This document shows, in pieces, positions 17,375 through 27,106 of a DNA stretch of 60,976 bases. The stretch comes from a virus (taxonomy: Duplodnaviria > Heunggongvirae > Uroviricota > Caudoviricetes). The notes below the pieces were generated by a model. That model saw only the letters and a program-made list of their open reading frames with translations, made no database searches and was not told the DNA's origin. Position 1 is the stretch's first letter. Each line of letters begins with the position of its first letter. Position numbers and translations under genes: made by a program. The stretch lies in the IMG/VR virus record IMGVR_UViG_3300042922_000323, positions 1 through 60,976 of that record; one strand, written 5' to 3'.

Positions 17375-17424
17375 ATTAAATTCCCCCTAATCTTTCTGTA
17401 GGATATTACCTACTCACATCATTT

Positions 17425-17586
17425 TTAATCTATTTCGACGGGCATTGGAATCCCTAATAACCCGCTAATAACATTAACCCCGTCATAGGTTATCTCGACC
17501 CTACAATGAGGATCAAAATTAACTATTAACCAATCCTGTAAAGGCTTTGCAAGTTCCTCTAACTCGTTGAAACGTTTAGTATCCAT
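17425..17586 (-). CDS. 53-aa hypothetical protein (not in ORF track)
   Basis: MDTKRFNELEELAKPLQDWL...; RBS GGAG. Confidence 0.55.
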   Translation of the reverse strand: MDTKRFNELEELAKPLQDWLIVNFDPHCRVEITYDGVNVISGLLGIPMPVEID

Positions 17587-17587
17587 G

Positions 17588-17767
17588 TTACTCCATCTCC
17601 TCAACTTCTACACATTTACCAACATCACCAAAAGGCACGACTTTTCTAGCTGTAAATACACATGAACCATCATTTGCAGTAATAACATTACCGTCACTGT
17701 CTACGATTCTGAACTTAGCACCTTTTACTACTTCACTACCATTCAAAACTTCTATAAAAAATTTCAC
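17588..17767 (-). CDS. 59-aa hypothetical protein (not in ORF track)
   Basis: MKFFIEVLNGSEVVKGAKFRIVDSDG...; RBS GAGGTG. Confidence 0.55.
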   Translation of the reverse strand: MKFFIEVLNGSEVVKGAKFRIVDSDGNVITANDGSCVFTARKVVPFGDVGKCVEVEEME

Positions 17768-18226
17768 TTATTTCACCTCGGTTGCATTGTCATAGGAAGT
17801 TCCAAATCCTCCCCTGTCTTCATTTCCAAGTTCGTCTTTTTCTACCAAACCCAACGCTAAAAGTGGGACGAATACTGCCTGACACAGCTTGTCCCCAGGC
17901 TTAATAGTAATGGGCTGTTTTGTTTCATTCTTGAACTCTGCTTGCCACTCGTCACCATCACCACAGTAAAGACAATCTATAACTCCTACACCGTTAGTAA
18001 GTTTAATGCCCCACTTCTTGTATGTAGAAGACCTTTGAAACACAAGCCCCACGCCATATACAGGAATTTCTGTTGCTACATTGAGTGCTATTCTTGCGAC
18101 TTCCCCAGGGTATAGCTGAAAAGGTTTCTCCAATCTTGCGAATAAATCGAACCCTGCGTTTCGTTCATCATCTTTAGACAGTGCGGGTATGTTCTTGTCA
18201 AATCTTCTATAGTTCATATCAACCAT
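17768..18226 (-). CDS. dut: trimeric dUTPase
   Basis: AGFDL, RSS, NGVGVIDCLY.G, QAVF, RGGFGTS. Confidence 0.93.
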   Translation of the reverse strand: MVDMNYRRFDKNIPALSKDDERNAGFDLFARLEKPFQLYPGEVARIALNVATEIPVYGVGLVFQRSSTYKKWGIKLTNGVGVIDCLYCGDGDEWQAEFKNETKQPITIKPGDKLCQAVFVPLLALGLVEKDELGNEDRGGFGTSYDNATEVK

Positions 18227-18663
18227 TAGAAATCCCTCCCAGGAAGTATAATCTTCTTTTCTTTTTTCTCAGGTAGTATAATATCGCTAGTAACCTGTGC
18301 GGCAGTAAATTCTGCTACCAGAGCGGCAAATTCATCCTCAGTAAGCTCTTTAATTTCAAGGTCACTACAAGATAGTGTGTATGCCATTCCATCTGTCAGT
18401 AACATTTGGAACTGTACATTTGCCACATCAAGTACCTTATCTCCAATGTAGTCATAAGCTAACACTGCTTTTTGGTATCCCGCCACAACCCCTGCGAACC
18501 ACACATTGTGCTCATTTCCTTCCCTGTCTACTAACTTATTAGTTGTAGCATGAATTGTTTTTCCTACCAGACCTAACAAGACTTCCTCCGCTATCGGATA
18601 AACCTCGTCCTTGCTATTCCATACTGAACCATCCAATTCTTTAACAGTTTTCATTTTATTCAT
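18226..18663 (-). CDS. hypothetical protein
   Basis: 145 aa. Confidence 0.65.
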   Translation of the reverse strand: MNKMKTVKELDGSVWNSKDEVYPIAEEVLLGLVGKTIHATTNKLVDREGNEHNVWFAGVVAGYQKAVLAYDYIGDKVLDVANVQFQMLLTDGMAYTLSCSDLEIKELTEDEFAALVAEFTAAQVTSDIILPEKKEKKIILPGRDF

Positions 18664-19136
18664 CCTTTCGTTTTTGTTTTATTAGCTCTTACAGTGTACT
18701 TATACGTTGAGGTCTTACCAGAGTTAAATGAACTTTTAACTTTTTCTAAAACATTTAATGTTGCATCGTAATCACTCATGTCTGAGTTCGGGTGGTTATT
18801 TAAGTAGTAGTTCTTGTAAGCGGTTACCACGATATTGTTATTAATATCAACTACTACACAAGTTACTCTATCCCTAAATGGAACTCTACCTCTCAGAAGT
18901 ACTCTACTTTCTTCGCCATTAATTAAATGGTACTCGATAATATTCCCATCATTAATGGTCTGATTAACTTCCTCGACAGTTATCCTTCTCTCTTTCATTC
19001 TTTGAAGACTGTGTTGTGTCACTTGGAATTTACCTCGAATCAACATCTTCAAGACATTCTTTTCCTCGGCAGTCATCTGAGTATGGTGCTTTCTTATTCC
19101 CCTAACTTCATCTATTGCCTTTAGCACTTCCGCCAT
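18660..19136 (-). CDS. DUF4258-like (RelE/BrnT-fold) putative RNase
   Basis: TQHSLQRM.ER.I....V...I..G.IIE...RVLLRG...VVV...VVTAY; start moved to 19136. Confidence 0.75.
   Translation of the reverse strand: MAEVLKAIDEVRGIRKHHTQMTAEEKNVLKMLIRGKFQVTQHSLQRMKERRITVEEVNQTINDGNIIEYHLINGEESRVLLRGRVPFRDRVTCVVVDINNNIVVTAYKNYYLNNHPNSDMSDYDATLNVLEKVKSSFNSGKTSTYKYTVRANKTKTKG
18698..18727 (-). promoter_or_regulatory. phage-specific (middle) promoter motif
   Basis: TTAACT-N15-CGTATAAGT, inside the 3' end of the DUF4258 gene. Confidence 0.75.
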
Positions 19137-19157
19137 GCTATCACCTCTTTTCGTAAT

Positions 19158-19187
19158 ACTTGTACGTGGAGGTGTATTCTCAGTTAA
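19158..19187 (-). promoter_or_regulatory. middle promoter motif variant
   Basis: TTAACT-N15-CGTACAAGT. Confidence 0.7.
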
Positions 19188-19188
19188 A

Positions 19189-19217
19189 TAAAAAAGGCAA
19201 CTTTTTTCAAAGTTGCC
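19189..19217 (-). terminator. terminator after nrdD
   Basis: GGCAACTT-loop-AAGTTGCC then T-run on minus strand. Confidence 0.7.
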
Positions 19218-19229
19218 CAAACTTGCTTA

Positions 19230-21137
19230 TTATTCAACTATCTTGAACTTCCTTCGTGGGTATTCGTAGTTCTTACGTACATCACCCCAACTAGAAATCT
19301 TAGTAAAATATCCTATAATTCTCGTGAGCCAGTCCTCAATCTTACCACCACATATCGGACATGTTGTACCATTACCGACTACGCATGTATGACCATGCTC
19401 ACAAGTTCCAAATCCATAGTTAATGGCAAAGTGTGGAACGCCCGCCTTTAGGGTCATTCTAATAAGCTTCTCCATCACTTCTTCATTTTTAATTTGGTCT
19501 TGAACATTCAAGTGAACAATACCACCACCTGAAACAATGTTCATGAATCTACCTGACAGCTTCACTCTTTCAACAGGACTAACATCAGCTATTACAGGGA
19601 GGTACTGGTTACTATAGAGTTTAAACGGCTGTTCCTTACCATACTTCATGCGGTCTTTGTTAGCAAAAATAACGGCTGTAGACTCCCCAGGAATCTCCTC
19701 AGTATTAAAGCTATAACCACATTCTTTTGTGAACTGTAACGCCATTTTCTCAGTAAACAGCAATACATCTTCTACAAGTTCTGCTCCATCATCTTCTGTA
19801 ATTTCTGTTCCCATGAAATGACACATTTCATAAAGACCATTAATTCCAATAGTGGAGAACAGCATCTTCATATCGAACCAGTGTAATGGTTTAAAAAATT
19901 TCAAGAATCCTGCGTTAACTCTTCTTTGGAGAATTTCTTCTCTATGTACAATCAGAAGGTCTCTACACAATTCAAGTCTCTCTTTAAGTAAATCCCAAAA
20001 CTCTGTCATGTTGTTAGAATCTAAAGCGAGTCGAGCATAATTTATAGTGACAATTCTATGTGAGCCAATATTAAGTCCGCCATTACCGAATGAGTCTGCT
20101 CTGTAGCCCATACGTTCCATGTCATTAATGAAACGGCAACACATAGCAATCTTATTGCCCTCATTAGCGTATATATTATAAACACCTTTGGTAATATTCG
20201 TCTTTGCTACAAACTTCAAAAAGTCTTCATCAAGCGGGTTTCTATTCTCGTCAACTGACATATTAGTTGTCATGACAGGAAATCTATAAGGTAAATTAGT
20301 CGAAGGGTCTCCATTACTAAAGAAACCTGCTACTAACTTCTGAACCTTCATTGTGTACTCAGTATCTACCTGTGTTCCATCAGGAAAATAGGTATGTTCA
20401 AAAATCTTACTTATATTTGCCCTGTCAAATACAGAAATATTGGTGAATGGTGACTGACCTGACACTCTAAATTTGTTATTCATAACGTGAACAAATTTCT
20501 GCCACTGGTTAATAATATAATCAGCACCTTCCTCACTATCAGGGTCTATTCCTTCTTTCTTCAAGTAATAACAAAGGTTTACAAGGAAGTCAGACGGTGC
20601 TACTGCTCCTACAAATTCCTGCGACAAGTCCATAGTAGTTTCTATAACTTGTGCCACAAAACTATCTGAGCGTTTAGGTGGGGCACTGTGTAATTGTCCA
20701 TATGGTCTACCTTCAAGCATAATAGGAGTAGTGCTGTAGGCAAAACAATAAGGCACTTGTATACCGTGACCCGAAGCATCATGGAAATAGAGTATTCCAT
20801 CCCATATTGCTTTCATTGCTCTATTGGCTCTTGCTAATCCAAATCTTTTCTTTGTGTACTTCCATAAGAGGTAGTACCCTTCTAATTTGAGTAATCCCTT
20901 CGTAACTTCTGCTTGGTAATTATTAGCACTCAATTCCTCGTTAGCATTTGCGTTCATATCTACGCTTGTGTCTGCCAATCGTTGAGTGAAATACTTATGG
21001 CTCATTGCCCCCACATCTATCTTCTCGGGGCTAATACCCTCTAACTCCAACAATTTAAGTCCATTAGGGTCGCTCGAATAGTTTGTGTAAAGTTCATCAA
21101 AACCTTTTTCAAAAGTGACATTATACTGCATAATCAA
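19230..21137 (-). CDS. nrdD: anaerobic (class III) ribonucleoside-triphosphate reductase
   Basis: YFHD, MCCR finger loop, C-terminal C..GH...CPICG and RIIGY glycyl-radical loop. Confidence 0.95.
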   Translation of the reverse strand: MIMQYNVTFEKGFDELYTNYSSDPNGLKLLELEGISPEKIDVGAMSHKYFTQRLADTSVDMNANANEELSANNYQAEVTKGLLKLEGYYLLWKYTKKRFGLARANRAMKAIWDGILYFHDASGHGIQVPYCFAYSTTPIMLEGRPYGQLHSAPPKRSDSFVAQVIETTMDLSQEFVGAVAPSDFLVNLCYYLKKEGIDPDSEEGADYIINQWQKFVHVMNNKFRVSGQSPFTNISVFDRANISKIFEHTYFPDGTQVDTEYTMKVQKLVAGFFSNGDPSTNLPYRFPVMTTNMSVDENRNPLDEDFLKFVAKTNITKGVYNIYANEGNKIAMCCRFINDMERMGYRADSFGNGGLNIGSHRIVTINYARLALDSNNMTEFWDLLKERLELCRDLLIVHREEILQRRVNAGFLKFFKPLHWFDMKMLFSTIGINGLYEMCHFMGTEITEDDGAELVEDVLLFTEKMALQFTKECGYSFNTEEIPGESTAVIFANKDRMKYGKEQPFKLYSNQYLPVIADVSPVERVKLSGRFMNIVSGGGIVHLNVQDQIKNEEVMEKLIRMTLKAGVPHFAINYGFGTCEHGHTCVVGNGTTCPICGGKIEDWLTRIIGYFTKISSWGDVRKNYEYPRRKFKIVE

Positions 21138-21601
21138 ATCCTCCTATTGTCTATAACTACTTGGTTGGAACTAGCGGGGAAACCACCTGTCTTTAATTCG
21201 TCTATATACGCTCCTGCTACGACCACAGTGCATAAATTCTTTATCTCTGAAGGAATCTTATCCTCTGCGTAGCCTGTATACAGCCATACGCCAAGTCCTA
21301 ACTTCTTTACCTCGTTAACCAACATGAGTAAAGGAAGTATTGGTTGGTCTAAAGGTTCACCGCCGAGAAGTACTACATTGTCGTACCAGTCTCTGGACTC
21401 CGCAATCTTGTCAATTAAATCCTTCGGGTTGTAAAGTTCTCCACCTTCAAAGGATTGTAACTCTGGATTATGACACCCTTTACAGTGAATACTACAGCCT
21501 TGAAAGTATATAGCGAAACCTACCCCATCAGAATCAATAGTGGATAGCTCGTTAAAGCCACCCACTCTTAATCTGCACTCTATATAACCTGTATAATCCA
21601 T
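21134..21601 (-). CDS. nrdG: class III RNR activase (radical SAM)
   Basis: FQGCSIHCKGCHN, LGGEPL, WLYTGY, SSNQ. Confidence 0.95.
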   Translation of the reverse strand: MDYTGYIECRLRVGGFNELSTIDSDGVGFAIYFQGCSIHCKGCHNPELQSFEGGELYNPKDLIDKIAESRDWYDNVVLLGGEPLDQPILPLLMLVNEVKKLGLGVWLYTGYAEDKIPSEIKNLCTVVVAGAYIDELKTGGFPASSNQVVIDNRRI

Positions 21602-21602
21602 A

Positions 21603-21989
21603 CTACAACCCCCTATAGTTAGCCCTTATGTGGTCTAACGCTTCCACAAAGGAGTCAAATCTATTTAGAACGACATCTGTAAGAAACTGGTTTCCATCCA
21701 CTTTTCCCACCCCGAAAATTGGGGTACTAATAGTATAGGCAATCTGAATAAAAAGAGCTTCTTCAACACTCAATTCATCCTTATGTAAACCTGTATTAAC
21801 TAAGATAGCATCAGCATTTTTGGCTATCCTTTTTATGGCAAAAATTATTTCTCGAAGTTCAATGTCTTTTGGTAATCTATCAAGAAATAACACTGTTTCA
21901 ACATCATCATCAAATTCATAAAATGGTTCAAACCCTATACAAATGAGCCTTAATTTAGCCATTATTTTCAACCTTCTTTCTGAGTTCAA
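21603..21989 (-). CDS. hypothetical protein
   Basis: 128 aa; start uncertain. Confidence 0.6.
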   Translation of the reverse strand: MNSERRLKIMAKLRLICIGFEPFYEFDDDVETVLFLDRLPKDIELREIIFAIKRIAKNADAILVNTGLHKDELSVEEALFIQIAYTISTPIFGVGKVDGNQFLTDVVLNRFDSFVEALDHIRANYRGL

Positions 21990-22323
21990 TTAATTCTCCG
22001 ACCATTGCTAAGAAGTCTCTTTCTTCTAGTGAATAGTAGTTTTTTCCATCACAGAATGAGTAAACAAGTATCCCTATCTTATTAGTTTCCAAGGCTTCTT
22101 CAAGAATTTTGTCATGCCACTCTTTATGTACTGTCATTGTTTTTGAAGGCTTCACTTTAGTCTTTGCTTCTACTCTGAACATCTGTGATACCACATCGGA
22201 CTTGGCATACCACATAGCCCCCGAAGCTATTTGGCGTTTAGCGGCATCACCGATGTCACTCAAACTCTTTGTAATTCGTTTCTCTTGCAGTTTAGAGACC
22301 CTTTGGTTAATCGTGGACATCAA
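21955..22323 (-). CDS. PD-(D/E)xK nuclease, Holliday-junction resolvase-like
   Basis: ASGA...KSDV...VEAKT..K..K.W..KI..EA. Confidence 0.7.
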   Translation of the reverse strand: MMSTINQRVSKLQEKRITKSLSDIGDAAKRQIASGAMWYAKSDVVSQMFRVEAKTKVKPSKTMTVHKEWHDKILEEALETNKIGILVYSFCDGKNYYSLEERDFLAMVGELIELRKKVENNG

Positions 22324-22495
22324 TATCTACCTCCTTTGCAACTAACTCACTCACTCTATTTTCTACTGCTCTCTCAACTGCTATCTCTATAGCCTTGCTA
22401 TAGGTTTTGTGTATCTTGTATTTCACATATGAGTGGTAAGAAATAGCAAGCGAGATAACCACGCTTGCTATAACCACACTATTCCCCCCGGTCAT
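22307..22495 (-). CDS. small membrane protein
   Basis: N-terminal hydrophobic helix. Confidence 0.55.
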   Translation of the reverse strand: MTGGNSVVIASVVISLAISYHSYVKYKIHKTYSKAIEIAVERAVENRVSELVAKEVDIDVHD

Positions 22496-22499
22496 ATAA

Positions 22500-23651
22500 T
22501 CATCCTCTCAAAGCGGTCTGTACTAACTCCATCATCTTGCAGTACAAATCACCATTGCCGTTAGTAATGTCATCATTCAGTGCTTCAACTGTCTTGCCCG
22601 CCCCATTATACTTAATAGGACTTCCATCAGCATTGGCTTGGTATTCTCCTGTAGTAGGGTCTACTAACGTAAGCCATGAAGTTCCTTGTAGCACTCCTAC
22701 TGCTTTTGCTACATTTACAAGTTCTACAATCTTATCAAGTCCAGTGTCATAGTATAAGTCAAGTGTAGCTTTCTTGTGAGGTGCGGCTATCTTATTTTTA
22801 GCTATTTTTACCTTTATCTGTTGACCAAGAACATTTCTCGAATCACCTGTACCTTTAGCAAACTGTTCGCCTACAGCTACATCTAACTGGTGTGTGTAAG
22901 CAAATTTTAAAGCCCTACCACCAGGAGTGTCTGTGGGAGTACCAAACGGTGAGAACGCTCCTATCTTATCCCTCAACTGGTTAACACATATCAGTGTAGT
23001 ACCTGAATTGGTAAGCAGACCTGTGTTAATAATTTTACGTACAGCCTTGGCATTAATCTGAGAATTACCACCGACTCTACTCGCTTTATCCCAATCAGTC
23101 TGTTCAAACTCGTCCTTACTTACAAGAGCCGCTACAGAGTCAATACCTATAATACTGAACCTTCCCGTAGCTACTAAGTACTCAACCATGTCAAATACTT
23201 TTTCTGCATATGTATCGGGCTGAGAGAAGAATAGTCTGTCAGTATCAACACCTAATGTTCTTGCCCATTCAGGGTTATAGGTGTATTCAAGGTCTAAAAT
23301 TGCACATTCTTTGTCAGGTTCATTTCTCTGTGCTTCGGCTATAGCCATATTAAGCAGAGTAGTTTTACCAGACCGCTCTACGCCCCTCAACTCTACAAGT
23401 CTTCCGTGCGGGTAACCACCACCAAGAGCCAAGTCAAGTTGTAATGAACCAGAGCCACGAACTTTTATATCCATCAGCTTCTCATTGCTACCAAGCCTAC
23501 ATATCTTTCCTGCCCCGAACTCTCTAGCAAAGTCTTCTTCCAAAGAGCCACTTACTTTACCTTTTGGTTTAGGCTTCGTAACCTTGACTTCTACTTCCTC
23601 GAAATCTTCGTCGGGCAATCCATCACCCATGTATTCAGCGTCTAAACTCAT
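22500..23651 (-). CDS. recA: RecA/UvsX-like recombinase
   Basis: LDLALG.GYP.GRLVEL.G..SGKTT, DSVAAL, NQLR.KIG, TPGGRALKF, KNKIA.P. Confidence 0.96.
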   Translation of the reverse strand: MSLDAEYMGDGLPDEDFEEVEVKVTKPKPKGKVSGSLEEDFAREFGAGKICRLGSNEKLMDIKVRGSGSLQLDLALGGGYPHGRLVELRGVERSGKTTLLNMAIAEAQRNEPDKECAILDLEYTYNPEWARTLGVDTDRLFFSQPDTYAEKVFDMVEYLVATGRFSIIGIDSVAALVSKDEFEQTDWDKASRVGGNSQINAKAVRKIINTGLLTNSGTTLICVNQLRDKIGAFSPFGTPTDTPGGRALKFAYTHQLDVAVGEQFAKGTGDSRNVLGQQIKVKIAKNKIAAPHKKATLDLYYDTGLDKIVELVNVAKAVGVLQGTSWLTLVDPTTGEYQANADGSPIKYNGAGKTVEALNDDITNGNGDLYCKMMELVQTALRG

Positions 23652-23815
23652 TTACCATTCTCCCTTGTACACGTTATTTTAACCTTATAAAATCCGTGCT
23701 TATCCTTGGTCACGCTAACCGAGTTTCCGCACCCATCAGATGCGGATAGAGTGGCTAACTCTTCGGCTTTCATGAAATCGCCCATCTTGTCTGCAAGTGC
23801 TTCAAACTTATCCAT
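23648..23815 (-). CDS. 55-aa hypothetical protein (not in ORF track)
   Basis: MDKFEALADKMGDF...; TAATG and ATGA coupling on both sides. Confidence 0.6.
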   Translation of the reverse strand: MDKFEALADKMGDFMKAEELATLSASDGCGNSVSVTKDKHGFYKVKITCTRENGK

Positions 23816-24210
23816 TAGTCACGACCTTTCTTCTGCTTTTTAATTACAGAACGTACTGTAATAAATTCGCAAGGGTTTCTTTTAAGGTACTTCGCTACAT
23901 CATAAGCATGTAGTTTGCCCTTCTCTGTAAACTCTGCAATGCCTGGGTAATCAAGCTTATCAAGTTCCAAGTCAAAGTCTGTTGAAAGACTGCTCTTATC
24001 AAATGCTTTTGTAGTTCTCTTATTGTTCTTAAATATTAATAGTTGTTCTTCGCCAAGTTCTACATAAGCTATGTCTTGATTGAGGTCTTTGAGAATACCT
24101 GCAATCTCGTCCTTAGTCTCTAATTTCTTCTCCTCAATATCCCTTGCCTGTTCATTAAGCTCAACTAAAGTAACCCCCAGTGTCGCCAGTCGCATCATCT
24201 TATCTTCCAT
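23815..24210 (-). CDS. hypothetical protein (N-terminal coiled coil)
   Basis: RBS GAGGGAG before MEDK. Confidence 0.65.
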   Translation of the reverse strand: MEDKMMRLATLGVTLVELNEQARDIEEKKLETKDEIAGILKDLNQDIAYVELGEEQLLIFKNNKRTTKAFDKSSLSTDFDLELDKLDYPGIAEFTEKGKLHAYDVAKYLKRNPCEFITVRSVIKKQKKGRD

Positions 24211-24376
24211 CTTCGTTTTCTCCCTCATAGAAATTCAAAACTGTAGTAAGTACTACATCAGCTAATACCTTTAAGTAATTCAGAAAGTCTAGTTTCTCAA
24301 TATCAGTAAGACTATCATCTTCTATAACTTCTTGAATAAAGTCCTTGGCTTTTTTAGCCATCTCTTGCTCTCCCAT
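24200..24376 (-). CDS. 58-aa hypothetical protein (not in ORF track)
   Basis: MGEQEMAKKAKDFIQEV...; RBS GGAGGGG. Confidence 0.6.
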   Translation of the reverse strand: MGEQEMAKKAKDFIQEVIEDDSLTDIEKLDFLNYLKVLADVVLTTVLNFYEGENEDGR

Positions 24377-24386
24377 TTAACCCCTC

Positions 24387-24953
24387 CTATGCTTGGTTAC
24401 CTCTATTTACAGTTCGCCTTGTATCTAAGTTATCATTGCCACGTCTAGTTATCTCCCTAGAGATTGCATTGACACGCATTTCATAACCTTCCCTTAGTTG
24501 TCTAACTGCTTTGTAGTTCATAAATGCGGTAGTATATTTTAAGTTCCATTCAATGTACAAGGGTTCTGCATATACCGCCGCATCACGCATTTCTCTATTA
24601 GTTCCTGTTTGTACAAGGTATAGCTGTTTCTTTATATGGTCTCTTATTTCAAGAGATAAAGTTGACTCTATATCAGCTTCGGCTTCTAACCATCTAGCAA
24701 AAGAAACAACTCCTGTCCATCTATCGAGGAAATCACCAAGCATAGCGAATGGAACATTACATATTCCACCTGCTCTTCTTACAAGTGAATCCCATTCATC
24801 TTGAATGTAATTCATTTCAGGTGGGGCGGTAGGTATGGGAAGACCTGCCCGCCTAACAAATGCTAATGCCTGCTCCTTGGTTGTAAAATCATGTATCCCA
24901 TTTTCAATTTGGTCTCTTGTTATCGAGACTGTAGTTGGCTCACTTCTAGGCAT
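24387..24953 (-). CDS. helical protein, possibly UvsY-like recombination mediator
   Basis: Long helices ending AISREITRR, near recA. Confidence 0.45.
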   Translation of the reverse strand: MPRSEPTTVSITRDQIENGIHDFTTKEQALAFVRRAGLPIPTAPPEMNYIQDEWDSLVRRAGGICNVPFAMLGDFLDRWTGVVSFARWLEAEADIESTLSLEIRDHIKKQLYLVQTGTNREMRDAAVYAEPLYIEWNLKYTTAFMNYKAVRQLREGYEMRVNAISREITRRGNDNLDTRRTVNRGNQA

Positions 24954-25519
24954 TATCCATTCACCACCTTATTACGAAGTTCATAATATCTGTAAATAAA
25001 TGCATTACCAACTTCAATATGGTCTTCTACTTCGACTACTTTTTCTCGTGTTATCGGTTCGTACTCAATCCAACAGTGTTCTCTTGTTAAAGTGAGTGCT
25101 TCTGCATATAATGCATCTTTGTCACACCCTTTTACAACTGCCCATTCAAGTTCTGTAGGAAGTTTACCTAACAAAGCCTTGTATACAGTATCTTGTAATT
25201 TAGACTCCATTTTTTGGTATTCAGGTAACATCAATTTAACAGGTGTTGGAATATCACATATGTAAGCTTCCGACCCGTCATGTAGCAGACCTATCAAACA
25301 AATAGATGGTGAATACCCTTTGTGCTCTAACTCCTTACTCACAAATAACGAGTGCTGTGCCACACTATAAAAGTTTTTTGTATGCCCATTAAATCTACAT
25401 ATGTTAGAAAGTGCTTGTGCTACGTCTATAAGGAGAACTTCATCTTCCCGAGGGTCTAGTGGGTAGAAATGAATACCTGAGAATGTGACAACCCAATTAC
25501 CCTCCCTTTGTTCAACCAT
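24953..25519 (-). CDS. HD-domain 5'-deoxynucleotidase (YfbR-like)
   Basis: ALSNICRFNGH..FYSVAQHS, LLHDGSEAYICDIPTPVK. Confidence 0.9.
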   Translation of the reverse strand: MVEQREGNWVVTFSGIHFYPLDPREDEVLLIDVAQALSNICRFNGHTKNFYSVAQHSLFVSKELEHKGYSPSICLIGLLHDGSEAYICDIPTPVKLMLPEYQKMESKLQDTVYKALLGKLPTELEWAVVKGCDKDALYAEALTLTREHCWIEYEPITREKVVEVEDHIEVGNAFIYRYYELRNKVVNG

Positions 25520-25540
25520 AATATTTCCCCCTTGAATAAC

Positions 25541-26032
25541 TTACGCTTCGGCTGAGAAGGCCACCTGTAAAGCTGTGCTTTCGGTTTCCCCTGCACCTGT
25601 TCTTGTAACGAAAATACTTCCTGCTGTTGCCCCAAGGTCTCCCACAATTAAATCGAGTTCGGTCTTACCTGGAACTACAGTACCAATAGCAATTTCTGAG
25701 GTAAGAGCACTATCTGTATAAACTTTGACGGTGTCGCCTTCTTTAAGAGTTTCAACTGTCACAATGTCAGGTACTATAGCAACATTGTTTGTTACAATAA
25801 CATCACCTACTGCTATCGGTGTGGACTGTTGAGCTACTTCTGTAACAAGTCCAACAGTTAATCCAGTCACCGCCCCTCCGAGTATCTGCGAAGTTAATAT
25901 GCTCAACTTCGGTAGTTTCGGTGAAATTACACCTACAGAAGCACTTTCAAGTAACCCTTTTAGAAGTAATCTTTCTTCTGCGTCATCTGTAGTAAAGCTA
26001 ATGGTGTTCAAATCATTAAATAAAGCCTTCAT
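25541..26032 (-). CDS. protein with C-terminal Ig-like surface-protein module
   Basis: IVVTNN..DIVTV..L..GD.VKVY...G....IV..LG.TAGSIFVT.T..GETES. Confidence 0.55.
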   Translation of the reverse strand: MKALFNDLNTISFTTDDAEERLLLKGLLESASVGVISPKLPKLSILTSQILGGAVTGLTVGLVTEVAQQSTPIAVGDVIVTNNVAIVPDIVTVETLKEGDTVKVYTDSALTSEIAIGTVVPGKTELDLIVGDLGATAGSIFVTRTGAGETESTALQVAFSAEA

Positions 26033-26556
26033 ATCTTTCCTCCTCTAAACTTAGTAAGAATGTCAGTTACTACTTCTCCTAAAGTTGCGTTAGCATCTAT
26101 GACGAAGTCAACTTCTTGTTCTATATCTTTAAAAACAATCCTGTCCTTACGAATCCTGTCCATAGCATAATCCATGCTATCATTTCGTCCACTTGTCATT
26201 CTCTTGAATCTCTCAGCTTCATCAGCCTTTAAGTAGAACGACATTGTTTTAAGGTCAGGGTTCTCTTGTAGCTGTTTCAAACCTTCAGGTTCTACTACTA
26301 TAACAGCATCATCAACACAGTCTCTTTTGGAAGTGCCATAGTAATTACCGTTATACTCAACCCATTCAGCAAAATAGTTATCATATATAAGTCTTTTGAA
26401 TATGCTCTTTGAAATGTAGCGGTAGTTTACACCTTCTATTTCTCCACCCCTTTTGGGTCTCGTAGTATAACTAATAACTCTATTGAAACCCATCATTTCA
26501 AGAATCTTCTCAGCACTTGTCTTACCGCTTCCTGACTCCCCCACAAGTATAATCAT
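26029..26556 (-). CDS. gmk: guanylate kinase
   Basis: GESGSGKT, ISYTTRPKRGGE.EGVNY, YNGNYYGT. Confidence 0.93.
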   Translation of the reverse strand: MIILVGESGSGKTSAEKILEMMGFNRVISYTTRPKRGGEIEGVNYRYISKSIFKRLIYDNYFAEWVEYNGNYYGTSKRDCVDDAVIVVEPEGLKQLQENPDLKTMSFYLKADEAERFKRMTSGRNDSMDYAMDRIRKDRIVFKDIEQEVDFVIDANATLGEVVTDILTKFRGGKI

Positions 26557-26558
26557 CT

Positions 26559-26777
26559 CTATACCTCCTGTGCTCCAATAGCATCAAGCGACTGTTTAAA
26601 AATGAACTTAGCCTGTGCTTCCATCAAAAATGCCATAAATAACATTTTCCCTGAATCACCGTAGGTATCTTGCTTAGCATTAAGAAAGTCTGCAAGGTCT
26701 TTACCTACTGCTTCTAATTCCTCATTGCTATACTCTTCACGTATAGCTTGCATAAACATTAACTTAAATTCGTCCAT
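26559..26777 (-). CDS. hypothetical protein
   Basis: 72 aa. Confidence 0.6.
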   Translation of the reverse strand: MDEFKLMFMQAIREEYSNEELEAVGKDLADFLNAKQDTYGDSGKMLFMAFLMEAQAKFIFKQSLDAIGAQEV

Positions 26778-27106
26778 TATAATCCCGCCTTTTCTTTCAT
26801 ATCAACGAAATCCTTCCAGTGCATACAGACTAGAGTATCTTGGGTATCTCCTACTTCCTTCATAATCAACACTGGTATCTTGTTTGCATCTTTGGCTTCT
26901 TCTTTGAGCTTATCCCACCAACGGAAGATGGCTATTGCCTTATAGCACTTACACTCGATAGTGAACTTATCGTGTATAACATCTCCCGCTCTTGGTGTTC
27001 CGTCATCACAAGAATTAATCTTTCCAGAGCCTATGTTCCGCTTAGCTCCTCCAAATATGTTCTTGCCTACCCAACGCTCAAATGCTTTCCAGGTCTTATC
27101 ACCCAT
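26777..27106 (-). CDS. Hjc-like Holliday junction resolvase
   Basis: WK.FER.V...., GDV.H..FTIECK, IPVLI. Confidence 0.8.
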   Translation of the reverse strand: MGDKTWKAFERWVGKNIFGGAKRNIGSGKINSCDDGTPRAGDVIHDKFTIECKCYKAIAIFRWWDKLKEEAKDANKIPVLIMKEVGDTQDTLVCMHWKDFVDMKEKAGL

